Assembly: GCA_964443975.1 (NCBI GenBank)
Contig: CAYUFS010000024.1
Coordinates: 4,450-68,449 of the forward strand
Direction: 5' to 3'
Length of the DNA: 64,000 nucleotides
Source: an uncultured Myxococcales bacterium
GTDB taxonomy: Bacteria; Myxococcota_A; Polyangia; Fen-1088
Numbering within the stretch: the first letter of the stretch is position 1; every line of letters starts with the position of its first letter. Below the pieces are notes generated by a model. That model searched no databases, was not told the DNA's origin, and worked only from the letters and a program-made list of their open reading frames with translations. Below, piece after piece: positions 20,360 through 29,581 of this stretch. The position numbers were made by a program, and so were the translations under genes.

Positions 20360-20713
20360 ATGACAGGCGGCCTCGCGCCGCCAACGGTCCGAACGCCGCA
20401 GGCGCCACCGCTCCCGGACACCGGGAGCCGCGGGGCCAATCCGCCGTTTCTCAAGTCACCCGAGATTGTCGAAGTGGGCGGCGCTTGCCAGCTGATCGTG
20501 TGCTCCGACGGCGCGACGGAGGCGGAGGCGCCCGACGGCATACCGTTCGGGAACGACGGGTTGCTGAGGACGCTGCGCGATGCGCCCGCGGGCGAGCGCC
20601 TGGCGCGATTGAAGCAAGATCTCGCACTCCATTGCGGCGGTCGCTCCGCCCTCGATGACATCTCGGTGCTTATCGTCGACTGCGCCGGGGCTGCGCTCGA
20701 ACCGACCCGCTAG
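20360..20713 (+). pseudogene. PP2C/SpoIIE-family phosphatase C-terminal fragment (about 80 aa of the domain only)
   Basis: QLIVCSDGATEA...PFGNDGLLRTL...DDISVLIVD matches the last motifs of SpoIIE/RsbU phosphatases. There is no N-terminal part. It starts at the base after the PCD stop. Confidence 0.45.
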
Positions 20714-20807
20714 TTTTCGTGGTAGCTTCGGTTCCTGCTTCGGGCGCGGGTTCGCCAGCAGGGACGGTGCCCGTGTTGCCCGCACGCAAACGAGAACGGG
20801 AGCTCGG

Positions 20808-22928
20808 ATGACCTTTGCAATCAGGCGGAGCCTTTCTCCGGCGCTTGTCGGTTTGTTGCTGGTGACGGGGTGTTCCCCGAATAACTCGGGGGGCCGAGTC
20901 TCGGGGACGGGTGGGGGCAACTCCTCGGGCACCGGAGGCACGACCTCAGGTACCGGCGGGGGCGGCCCCGCGGGCACGGGGGGAGGGGCTCCCGGGACCG
21001 GGGGCAGTCACTCGCCCGGAACGGGAGGCGCCGTCCCGGGCAGCGGCGGTGCTGGCCCGGCGGGCACCGGGGGCGCCGCCAGCGGAAGCGGTGGGGCTTC
21101 CGGGGGCACCGGAGGTTCGCCTGCAGGGACAGGCGGAAACGCCACCGTTGGTAGTGGCGGGGCGGGGACGGGAGGTACGCCAGGGGGAGGTGGGGGGCAG
21201 ACGACTGGTGGCGGTGGAAGCAGCACGAACGGCGGCGCCACCGGCAATGGCGGCGCCAACGGCAACGGGGGCGCCGTCGGGGGATCACACGGGGCGGGCA
21301 CGGGCGGCACCCCGGTCGCGTGTCAGGCTCCCATCCCCGTGACCACGGGCGCCGCGGTCACCGTCACGGTGGACCTCGCCGGCGCCGCGACGACGAAGGT
21401 CAGCCCCGATCTGATGGGCATCCACACCGCCGTCTACGATGGTCTGTTGACCACCTCCACCACCACGGAGCAGCTGTTGCGGGCGGCCGGCGTCACGTCG
21501 CTGCGCTACCCCGGCGGATCGTACGCGGATCTGTATCACTGGGAGAGCCACACGGCGACGGACACACCGGCGGCAGGCGCGGGCAGCAACACGATCTACG
21601 TGGCCCCGGAGGCGAACTTCGGCCAGTTCGTGCTGCTGCTCGGACGTCTCGGCGCGAATGCCCTGATCACGGTGAACTACGGAATGAACTCGGGGACCAA
21701 GGGGCCGGGGAGCCCCAAGGAAGCGGCCGCGTGGGTGGCGTATGCCAACGGGAGCCCGGGCGATACGACGTCGATCGGCGCCGACAACTCGGTGCCGCCC
21801 GTGGACTTCGGCACCGTCGGGTACTGGGCCGGTCTGCGCGCTGCCGCTCCGCTGCCCGTCGACGACGGGAAGAACTTTCTGCGCATCAATCATCCCGCGC
21901 CGGTCGGGATCAAGTACTGGGAGCTGGGAAACGAGCTGTACGGAAACGGCTACTTCAACGGCAGCGCAACCAGCGCCGGCTGGGAGGCCGACCTGCACGC
22001 CCCCTACAACGGGACGAACGGCACGGCCCGCAAGAACAACGCGAACCTGGCGCCGTCGGTCTACGGTACCGCAGCGGCCGAATTTGCCACGGCGATGAAG
22101 GCGGTCGACAGCACGATCCAGTTCGGGCGAGTCGTCAACTGGCCCGACTCGGCCTATGCCGGGTTCGACGCGGGTGCCCTGAACGGCGCGTGCGCCGGCA
22201 TGGACTTCGCCGCCGTCCACTGGTACCCGGGCACGACCCTCGCCAGCCTGCTGACGTTGCCGGGGACGGATATCCCGACGATGTTCTCGGATCTGCACGC
22301 CCTGATGATGACCGCGTGCGGTGCCCGTGGCGCCACCATGCCGATCGCGGTGACCGAATGGGGGCCGAACACGCTGTACGGAACGGCGGCCATCATCGGT
22401 CAGACCTGGCACCCCACCACGGGCACCCCGAGCCAGCTCCAGATCGGCGGCTTGTTCGCGGCGGAGTCCTACGCCACCTTCATGGAGCAGAGCGCGCTGG
22501 CGGTCCACTGGGCCCAGCTTCACGACAACCAGTACCTGCTGGCGACCCCCGTCCAGGACACGCCGGGGTTCGCTTACAAGGGTCAGCTCATCGCCCACTA
22601 TCTGGCCGCCGGCGGCGACAGCATGCTTCCCCGGCCGACGTCGTCGAGCACGACGCTGGTCGCCCACGCCGCTCACCACGTCGACGGCGGGTTCAGCGTG
22701 ATGTTGACCAACATCAGCCCAAGCGCGGCGGCGAATGTGACGTTGAACGTCACCGGGGGCGCGCTCGGCTGCGCGGGCACCGTGTATTCGTTCGTTCCCG
22801 CGGCCAGCAACAACAACGACGGCCCGGTCAGCGCTGGCGCCCCGATCTTCTCGTCGACGACCGGTACCTCCGTGCCCGTGGCGGTGCCCGCCTACTCCGT
22901 GGTGGTGGTCTCCTTCCCACCCAAGTAG
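20808..22928 (+). CDS. glycoside hydrolase, clan GH-A (GH30/GH39/GH79-like) lipoprotein with a long Gly/Thr linker
   Basis: Lipobox (LLVTGCSPN). LRYPGGSYADLYHW, IKYWELGNE (acid/base) and IAVTEWGPN (nucleophile) are the clan GH-A (beta/alpha)8 motifs. Confidence 0.75.
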   Translation: MTFAIRRSLSPALVGLLLVTGCSPNNSGGRVSGTGGGNSSGTGGTTSGTGGGGPAGTGGGAPGTGGSHSPGTGGAVPGSGGAGPAGTGGAASGSGGASGGTGGSPAGTGGNATVGSGGAGTGGTPGGGGGQTTGGGGSSTNGGATGNGGANGNGGAVGGSHGAGTGGTPVACQAPIPVTTGAAVTVTVDLAGAATTKVSPDLMGIHTAVYDGLLTTSTTTEQLLRAAGVTSLRYPGGSYADLYHWESHTATDTPAAGAGSNTIYVAPEANFGQFVLLLGRLGANALITVNYGMNSGTKGPGSPKEAAAWVAYANGSPGDTTSIGADNSVPPVDFGTVGYWAGLRAAAPLPVDDGKNFLRINHPAPVGIKYWELGNELYGNGYFNGSATSAGWEADLHAPYNGTNGTARKNNANLAPSVYGTAAAEFATAMKAVDSTIQFGRVVNWPDSAYAGFDAGALNGACAGMDFAAVHWYPGTTLASLLTLPGTDIPTMFSDLHALMMTACGARGATMPIAVTEWGPNTLYGTAAIIGQTWHPTTGTPSQLQIGGLFAAESYATFMEQSALAVHWAQLHDNQYLLATPVQDTPGFAYKGQLIAHYLAAGGDSMLPRPTSSSTTLVAHAAHHVDGGFSVMLTNISPSAAANVTLNVTGGALGCAGTVYSFVPAASNNNDGPVSAGAPIFSSTTGTSVPVAVPAYSVVVVSFPPK

Positions 22929-22957
22929 GGGCTTGCCCTGAACAGCCGCGCCGAGCT

Positions 22958-24397
22958 TCAGGCCTTGAGCGCGGCCAGCTCGCCGGCCTTGCCCGTGGGG
23001 GCGCTGCCGAAGTTCGACATCGGGACGCCCATCGCGTTCGCCAGGGTCGTGCAGAGCTGGTTCGTCGGCGCGTCGGTGTCGTTGGCGGTCCCCGTCCCGG
23101 TCGTCACCTTCAGATACTGCCCCTGCTTGAAGTAGCCCTGGCAGCCCCCGATCAGCATCAGCGGCAGATCCATCCAGCTGTGCGCGAGGCCGTCGCTGAG
23201 ATCGTTCATGTAGACCACCACGCTGTTGTCCAGCATGGTGCCGCCCGGCTCGACGTAGGCGGACATCCGATCGAGCAGCGCCTTCAGCTGCGTCGCGTAC
23301 CACTGGTCGATGTTGAACAGCGCCGACTTCCATTGATCCATCGGCAGCGTGTTCATCGTCCCGCCGTCGGTGGTGGAACCGTGCGACAGCTTGTGGTGGT
23401 TGTACATGGAGTTGAGGTCGGGCGGCACCCAGCTGAAGATCGGGCCCGCCGCCCCCGAGCCCCACTGCATCGTCGCCACGCGGTTGTGATCGCACGCGAG
23501 CGACAGGGCGAGGACATCGATCATCATCCCGCCGATGGTCTGGTACTGGCTATCGAGCGTGACGGTGGTGGGATCGATGGCCATGATCTGGCTCGTGCGC
23601 GTGGCGTCCATGCCGCACGCCGGGAGGCCCGCGGCGCCCATCGTCGTCTCGACGTCGCGGATGGACGTGTAGTGCAGGTCGAGCTTGGTGCGGTCTTGCG
23701 CGCTCAGCGCCGGGTTGGCCTTCAGCGCGTCGAAGTCGACCTTGACCAGATCGAGCACGCTCTTGCGCCTGGCCGCCGCCAGGTCGACCATCGCGCCCGC
23801 GGCCGGCGCTCCGGACGTGGTCCAGTCCTTGAAGGCCTTCCAGGGATCTTGGAACGGGCTCGCCTGCTGGCCCGCCGCGACGTACGAGATGCAACCGAGG
23901 ACGTCCTTGCTGCGGTAACCGATCATCGTGTTGAAGGCGCCCTGTCCGCCGGGGTTCACCGCCTGGGCGATGACCTGGTCAATCGAGACCCCCGTCGCGT
24001 AACGTTCGGTCGTGTCGGCGAGCGGCGCTGCCGTGAGCTTGCAGCCGACCCCGCGCGCGTGGTCGTCACCGCCGCCCGGATCGCGCATGTAGCCCCGCGG
24101 GACCTGGTGCATCCCACGCGGCAGCAGGATGCGCGTGGCGTACGACGACAGCGGCTCGAGCCCGGTCCCGGTGAACGAGTCCGCGGTCAAGGGGCCGTAA
24201 GCCGTCGTCGGAAACCACTTGTCCATGTTGACGCCGTTGGAGTTGAAGAAGACCACCAGGCGCTTCGGCGTCGCGGCCGCCTGTGCGACCGCCTTGCGCG
24301 GCGCGAAGGTCTCGAGGAACGGCAGGCCCACGGTCACGCCGCCGAGACCCCGCAGGAATTGCCGGCGCTTCATCGTCGTCGTCGCCCTGGTCTTCAT
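22958..24397 (-). CDS. DUF1552 domain-containing protein (Tat signal)
   Basis: MKRRQFLRGLGG twin-arginine signal. About 470 aa. It is the expected partner of DUF1592-family proteins and lies 1 nt downstream of one. Confidence 0.75.
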   Translation of the reverse strand: MKTRATTTMKRRQFLRGLGGVTVGLPFLETFAPRKAVAQAAATPKRLVVFFNSNGVNMDKWFPTTAYGPLTADSFTGTGLEPLSSYATRILLPRGMHQVPRGYMRDPGGGDDHARGVGCKLTAAPLADTTERYATGVSIDQVIAQAVNPGGQGAFNTMIGYRSKDVLGCISYVAAGQQASPFQDPWKAFKDWTTSGAPAAGAMVDLAAARRKSVLDLVKVDFDALKANPALSAQDRTKLDLHYTSIRDVETTMGAAGLPACGMDATRTSQIMAIDPTTVTLDSQYQTIGGMMIDVLALSLACDHNRVATMQWGSGAAGPIFSWVPPDLNSMYNHHKLSHGSTTDGGTMNTLPMDQWKSALFNIDQWYATQLKALLDRMSAYVEPGGTMLDNSVVVYMNDLSDGLAHSWMDLPLMLIGGCQGYFKQGQYLKVTTGTGTANDTDAPTNQLCTTLANAMGVPMSNFGSAPTGKAGELAALKA

Positions 24398-24398
24398 C

Positions 24399-26207
24399 TC
24401 AGTTGCCTCCGGGGGCGCGGTAGAGAAAGGCGCGGGTGCGGGTCAGGTCCACCATCAGATCGGTGACCTTGTAGTCGTCGCTGGCCAGGTTGCCGCCGAC
24501 GACGGCGATCGCGCAGGTGTCACCGGCGCTCTCGGGGCGCCCGAACGCGTAGCGAACCCAGGTCTTGGCGTAGCACGCCGCCGCCTCGGGCGACGCGGCG
24601 ATCAGCGCCGACTCCTCGATGGCGTTGCTGAAGGCGCCGCGACCGGCCGCGGCCTCGGTGGTCCCGGCCAGGGTGCCGGTCGCGTCGATCGGGAACCCGT
24701 TCTCGGTCGTTCGGTAGCCGCCGACAGCGTCGTAGTTCTCGAACCCGAAACCGACGGGATTGATGATGGCATGGTGGCAACCGCTGCACGCGTCGGGCGC
24801 CGTGTGCATGTCGACCTCTTGCCGCGTGGTCTGCGTCGCGCCGAGCGGCGGAAGCTGGGGAACGTTCGGCGGCGGATCGGGGATGGTCCCGCACAGCACC
24901 CGTCGTTGCACGAAGACCCCACGATGGATGGGCGAGCTGCGGTTGCTGTAGGCATTGGAGGCGAGGAACCCGAGCTGCGTCAGCAGCCCCGCCCGCTGGC
25001 TGGGATCGAGGTCGATCCGTTGCAGCGTCGCGCCGAAGCTGCCGGTGAGGCCGTAGATCGGCGCGGTGGTCTGGTTCACGTAGGTGAACGGGGCCGTCAT
25101 CAGCGAAGGGAATCCCTTCCCCAGCGAGAACACCACGTCGTCGACGAACTTCTCGGTCTCGCCGGCCAGGGTCGGCGCCAGGTCGGGCGTCACGGTCGGA
25201 TACGCCGTGGGGTCCTTGGTCAGCTTGTTCGCGTAGATGTCCATGTTCAGCCACTGGTGGTGAAAGTCGCGGACGGTCTCGTGTGCGGGCGTCGTCGCGA
25301 CGAGGCGCCGCGCCTCGGCCGCCACGTCGTCGGCGCTGGCCAGTTGCCCGGCGTCTGCCTTCGCTGACAGCATGTCGTCGGGGGGGCCGTTCTGAATGAA
25401 GTAAGACAGCCGGCTCGCCCGTTCGTACGCGTCGAGCACGACGAGACCGCCCGTTTGTTGCGTCCCGAGCTCGGTGCGGTACAGGAACTTTGGCGACTGC
25501 AGGAACGCCTCGAGCGTGATCTGTACGCCCTTTTGAAATGCGCTGCCCGCGCCGTCGACGAGGGCCGCGCCCTGACTGAACAGGGTCATCATCGCGGTCT
25601 TCTCGGCGTCGGTCAGGGGACGGCGATACAGCCGTCGCCCGAAGGACGCGACGTACGCCGTGGCGCACGCATTGCCGGTGGACGCATCGCAACCCACCAC
25701 CTTCTGCAGCGCCGCCGGCGACGCGACCACCTGGGCGGCGATCGCTTCGGCGGCCGCGCGATAGGCCTTGCCGAGCGCGTCGCCCACCTCGAGATCCATG
25801 CCGCGATCGAACCCCGCCTGGTTCTGATCGGCCGGGAAATCCGCGGACGGCTTCAGGTCGAGGCCTGTCAGCGTGCTGACCGTGTTGTCGTATTGCGCGT
25901 GCGTCAACCGAAACAGGCGCGTCGTCGCGGGCAAATCACCAGGGACACAGCTCGACGTGGCCGGGCCGGTGCCGCCGCCGCCGAGGCCGCCGGGTGTGCC
26001 TCCCGCGCTGCCACTGCCGGGCTGGTCGATGATGCCGGGATCGACGGGACCGGCGCCGCCGCTGCCGCTGCCGCTGTTTTTGGGGGGACCGCCGCCACCG
26101 CCCGAGCCCACACCGCCGCTGGAGGTGACGGCGCCCGTGCATCCCAGGGCGAGGGTGAAGCAGAGGCCAACCCCTCGCGCGGCAAGAATCGTCGCAGTCC
26201 TCTTCAT
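24399..26207 (-). CDS. DUF1592/DUF1588/DUF1585-family (planctomycete PSCyt-like) protein with a CXXCH motif, lipoprotein
   Basis: Lipobox (LALGCTG) and a Gly-rich linker. PDACSGCHHAINPVGFGFENYDAVG is a heme-binding-like motif. The architecture matches the DUF1592 family. Confidence 0.7.
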   Translation of the reverse strand: MKRTATILAARGVGLCFTLALGCTGAVTSSGGVGSGGGGGPPKNSGSGSGGAGPVDPGIIDQPGSGSAGGTPGGLGGGGTGPATSSCVPGDLPATTRLFRLTHAQYDNTVSTLTGLDLKPSADFPADQNQAGFDRGMDLEVGDALGKAYRAAAEAIAAQVVASPAALQKVVGCDASTGNACATAYVASFGRRLYRRPLTDAEKTAMMTLFSQGAALVDGAGSAFQKGVQITLEAFLQSPKFLYRTELGTQQTGGLVVLDAYERASRLSYFIQNGPPDDMLSAKADAGQLASADDVAAEARRLVATTPAHETVRDFHHQWLNMDIYANKLTKDPTAYPTVTPDLAPTLAGETEKFVDDVVFSLGKGFPSLMTAPFTYVNQTTAPIYGLTGSFGATLQRIDLDPSQRAGLLTQLGFLASNAYSNRSSPIHRGVFVQRRVLCGTIPDPPPNVPQLPPLGATQTTRQEVDMHTAPDACSGCHHAIINPVGFGFENYDAVGGYRTTENGFPIDATGTLAGTTEAAAGRGAFSNAIEESALIAASPEAAACYAKTWVRYAFGRPESAGDTCAIAVVGGNLASDDYKVTDLMVDLTRTRAFLYRAPGGN

Positions 26208-26383
26208 CGGCGCGGACCTCCTGCCGTCACGGGAATGGTGTCGCTTTTCAGTGTACAGGCTCCAGGGTCAGGCCCAAAGGACCAGGCCCCCGTTTTCTCG
26301 GAGGCCAGATCGACTCGTCTGACCGGCCGGGAAACTTGATTCGACCCGGCGGGCTGCTCCTCGGAAGACCGCAGCCCGTCGCG

Positions 26384-27693
26384 CTACGGATCGTCCAGAA
26401 CCATGAACGCGAACAAGGAATACCCGCCTTGATTGCCCCGTTGCGTGCCGTTCATTCGCACGTACCGCGCGGTGGTCTTGGCGAAGGTCACGTCGGTGAC
26501 GGAGTAGGACGCGCCGGTGGTCGTGGCGTACACGTCGGTCCAGGTGGTCGCGTCGCCCGAGACCTGGAGCTTGAACGACTTGCCATAGTTCGAGTACCAC
26601 TTGAGGATCACGCGATCGACCTCCTTCGCGGCCCCGAGGTCGACCATGAGCGTTTGCGGGTCGCTGGCCGCGCTCTCCCAGCGGAAGTTCGTGTAGTTCT
26701 GATAGGTGGTGGCGGTGGTGACGTTCGCGGCCACGTTCGCGCCGTTCGTCGAAGAGGCCGTGGCCGGCTTGCCGAGCGCCAGGTCGCGCGTGCGATCGAA
26801 GGCCCGCCAGGCTCCGGACGCGACGTTCAAGTCCCAGTCCTGGTAGTAGTCCATCGTCGGTGCACCGGTGGCGCCGAAGGTCATGGGCAACCACAGGTAG
26901 TCGCCCTGGAAGCCGCCTGTCGGAATCCACCGGTCGGCGTCCATCATGTAGACCGTCCCCTGCGTCCCGGTGAACGGGTAGACGAAATCACACTGGGTTG
27001 CGTAGGTCGTCGCCGAGCCGGGCGTGACGAGCAAGGTCGCCGCCGACCACGGTCCGGCCAGGGCCGTCGCCGTGTAATACCGGGTGGGCGACGGTTGAAT
27101 GCCATTCGTCTCCGACACACCGTAGTAGTAGGTGCCGTTGCGCTTGAAGATGTGGGGCGCTTCGCGGCTGGGGACGTTGAACAGGTACATGCGCGTGTCC
27201 AGCGTCAAGTAGTCGGCCGACATTCTATAGATGCCGTGTTGCCGGTTGGGGCCGACCTGATCCCAGACGTAGGCCAGATACGCCTGCCCGTCGTCGTCCT
27301 TGAACATCGACATGTCTCCGATTTTTGCGCCGTCGACCAGGGTCTGGCTCACGAACGTGTAGGGCCCCTCCGGAGCCGTCGCGGTCGCGATGCCCAGAAA
27401 GGCCGCGTCGCCGTTGTATTTCAGGAACATGACGTACTTCTTCGTGGTGTCGTTGTAGAGCACGTCCATTCTGTTGGCGCTCTGGGCCAGGTGAACGGCG
27501 ACGCCCTTGTAGGTCCAGTGGACCAGGTCGGTCGATGCGTAGCATGTCTGATCGATGGCACCCGGCTGGCTGCCGAACCAGTAGTAGCTCCCGTTGAACT
27601 GACGGAGGGCCCCGCTGCGAACCTGAATCAGCGCTCCCGTGTCGTCGTACCAGAAGAAGTCGTTGTGAATGGTCACCCAACCTGCCGCCGGCA
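26384..27693 (-). CDS. glycoside hydrolase family 43 (5-bladed propeller) with a C-terminal F5/8 type C (discoidin/CBM32) domain; true N-terminus unresolved
   Basis: GH43-like blades (YYWFGS, DGQAYLAY, GTYYYG). The C-terminus NFRWESAASDPQTLMVDLGAAKEVDRVILKWY...YVRMNGTQRG is a discoidin domain. The in-frame upstream 27694-28168 encodes ...AAIGC-GGSSTGGT... (lipobox plus Gly/Thr linker) but has no ATG/GTG/TTG. Confidence 0.7.
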
Positions 27694-28330
27694 CCGATCC
27701 GCCGCCGCCTCCGTTGCCGCCGGTGCTGGTCGCGCCCGCGACACCGCCGAGTCCGCTGGCGCCAGCCGCCGCGCCCGCGCCGCCGCCGGCCGTCGCGCCC
27801 GCGCCGCCTCCGCGACCTCCGGGGCTTTGCCCGCCGCCGCTGCTCGCCCCGCCCGCGCCCCCGGAGGCATGGCTTCCCCCCGCGGCACCGCCACCGGTGC
27901 CGGCGTTGCCGCCCGTGCCGGTGGAACCTCCCGTGTTGGCGGCGCCCCCGGTGCTCGTGTTTCCCCCCGTGCTGGAACCACCGGAGCTGGTGTTTCCCCC
28001 CGTGCCGCTCGAGCCGCCTGTGGGCGCTCCGCCCGTCGAGGTGGCGCTTCCGCCCGTGCCGTTGCCCCCCGAGCTGGTCGTCCCGCCGGTGCTCGTGCCG
28101 CCCGTCGCTTCGGCTCCTCCGGAAGCGGTGCCGCCGGTCGACGATCCGCCACAGCCGATTGCCGCATGAAGTAGCCGTCCTTTCTCTGGCCGCGGGCTTC
28201 GAGGCTGAGGGGTTAGTGTCGACGACGGACCGGTTTCGTCGGAGTTTTCATCCTCGGCGTCGGTGCCGGTGTGATAACGTCCCCTCGGTTCTCGGCGGGA
28301 GGAGTCTTACGAGGGAGGCGACGGGGCGGC

Positions 28331-29542
28331 ATGATTTTCGTGTTGTTGGGCTCGGGATGGGCGAAGCGAGGCGGTGCGGTGGTCGTGTGCGGTCTCGTGG
28401 CGGGGCTCGCTGGGTGCCGTTACGATTACGGCTCGCTAGGTGGCTACCAGAGTGACGCGTCCATCGCGGTGGCGATCGGTACGGGAGGAACGGGGCTCAG
28501 CCCGGCCCCCGGGGGCGGGGGTATCGGCGGCGGAAACGGCGGGACCCGCGGAAATGGCGGGAGTTTTCCCGCGCCATCGCCCGGCAGCGGAGGCGCCGGC
28601 ACGGGGACCGGGGGTGTCGCCGCGACTGGAGAGACCGGCGGTGGTGTCGCGGGCGCCGGAACCGCCGGTGTCCCCGGCGGCAGCGGCGCGGGCGGAGAAG
28701 GGGACGACACGGGGCGCGGCGATGGCACGGGCGGTGTCGGCAGCGGCGGCGCCGCGACGGGAGATGTCGGGGGCGGCGGCGTGGCAACGGGCGGTGCCGG
28801 CGCGGCGGTCGTCGGTGGTGCGGGTGGCGGCGGCGCTGGCGGCCAGAGTGGCGGCGGCAGCGTGGGTGGAAGAGGCGGGGCAGGAACAGGCGCACAACCT
28901 CTGGTGCTGAGCATCGACTTCGTCGGCGGGCGGTGGTCACCGTCGGGAACGATGACGCTGGTCCCCGCCACCGCCATGACCGCGGCGGAGGTCGCGGGCG
29001 TGAAGCCGGCGGCGCGATGGAACAGCGCCCCCGGATCGTCAGGCGCCCTCGCGGCGCTCGCGCTCTCGAGCGGAGCGTTGACGGCGGCAAGCGTGACCTG
29101 GAGCGTGCCCGCGCTGACGTCGGGCCCGGGCGAGTGGACCAAGGGCTTCACGGACGCGCCTGGCGACGTCCGCATGTTGAACGGCTACCTCGACCCGCTC
29201 GCCACGACGAGCCCAGCGACGGTGGTCGTCTCGGGCTTGCCCGCGGCGGTCACCGCGTCTGGTTACGACGTCTACGTCTACCTGACCGGCGAGGTCCGCT
29301 CCGCGACCACCCGGACCGCGAAGTATTCGATCGGAGCCACGTCATACACCGCCACCGAGGCCGGACCGACCGCTACCACTTTTGGCGGGTTCAGCCTGGT
29401 GGGCGCGAGCGGGGCAGGCAACTACGTCGTATTCAAGAACCTGACCGGCGCCTCGTTCACCTTGACCGCGACGCCAGGCACGGGCCAGACCCCGCGTGCC
29501 CCGGTGAACGGCCTGCAGATCGTGTCGCCCTCGGGTTCCTGA
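28331..29542 (+). CDS. lipoprotein with a Gly-rich linker and a C-terminal domain of unknown function
   Basis: MIFVLLGSGWAKRGGAVVVCGLVAGLAGC signal. About 140 aa G/A/T linker, then a 200-aa Ser/Thr-rich beta-type domain. Divergent from the GH43 gene. Confidence 0.6.
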   Translation: MIFVLLGSGWAKRGGAVVVCGLVAGLAGCRYDYGSLGGYQSDASIAVAIGTGGTGLSPAPGGGGIGGGNGGTRGNGGSFPAPSPGSGGAGTGTGGVAATGETGGGVAGAGTAGVPGGSGAGGEGDDTGRGDGTGGVGSGGAATGDVGGGGVATGGAGAAVVGGAGGGGAGGQSGGGSVGGRGGAGTGAQPLVLSIDFVGGRWSPSGTMTLVPATAMTAAEVAGVKPAARWNSAPGSSGALAALALSSGALTAASVTWSVPALTSGPGEWTKGFTDAPGDVRMLNGYLDPLATTSPATVVVSGLPAAVTASGYDVYVYLTGEVRSATTRTAKYSIGATSYTATEAGPTATTFGGFSLVGASGAGNYVVFKNLTGASFTLTATPGTGQTPRAPVNGLQIVSPSGS

Positions 29543-29581
29543 GCCGATCCGCGGCACGGGGCGGACCCGCCGCGACCGCGT

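Noticed and set aside
21285-24466. Very long ORFs (736 aa on the minus strand, 1048 aa on the plus strand) overlapping the GH-A hydrolase and DUF1552 genes
   Set aside because: Their composition is Arg/Gly/Asp-saturated (RRRR, DRDGDR runs), typical of wrong-frame or antisense translation in 70% GC DNA. The real genes on the other frames carry clear motifs.
27669-28169. Pro-rich 166-aa plus-strand ORF (PPVLVPPV…) and the Arg-rich minus-strand ORF 27673-28167
   Set aside because: These are the reverse complement and the +1 frame of the Gly/Thr linker coding region of the GH43 gene.
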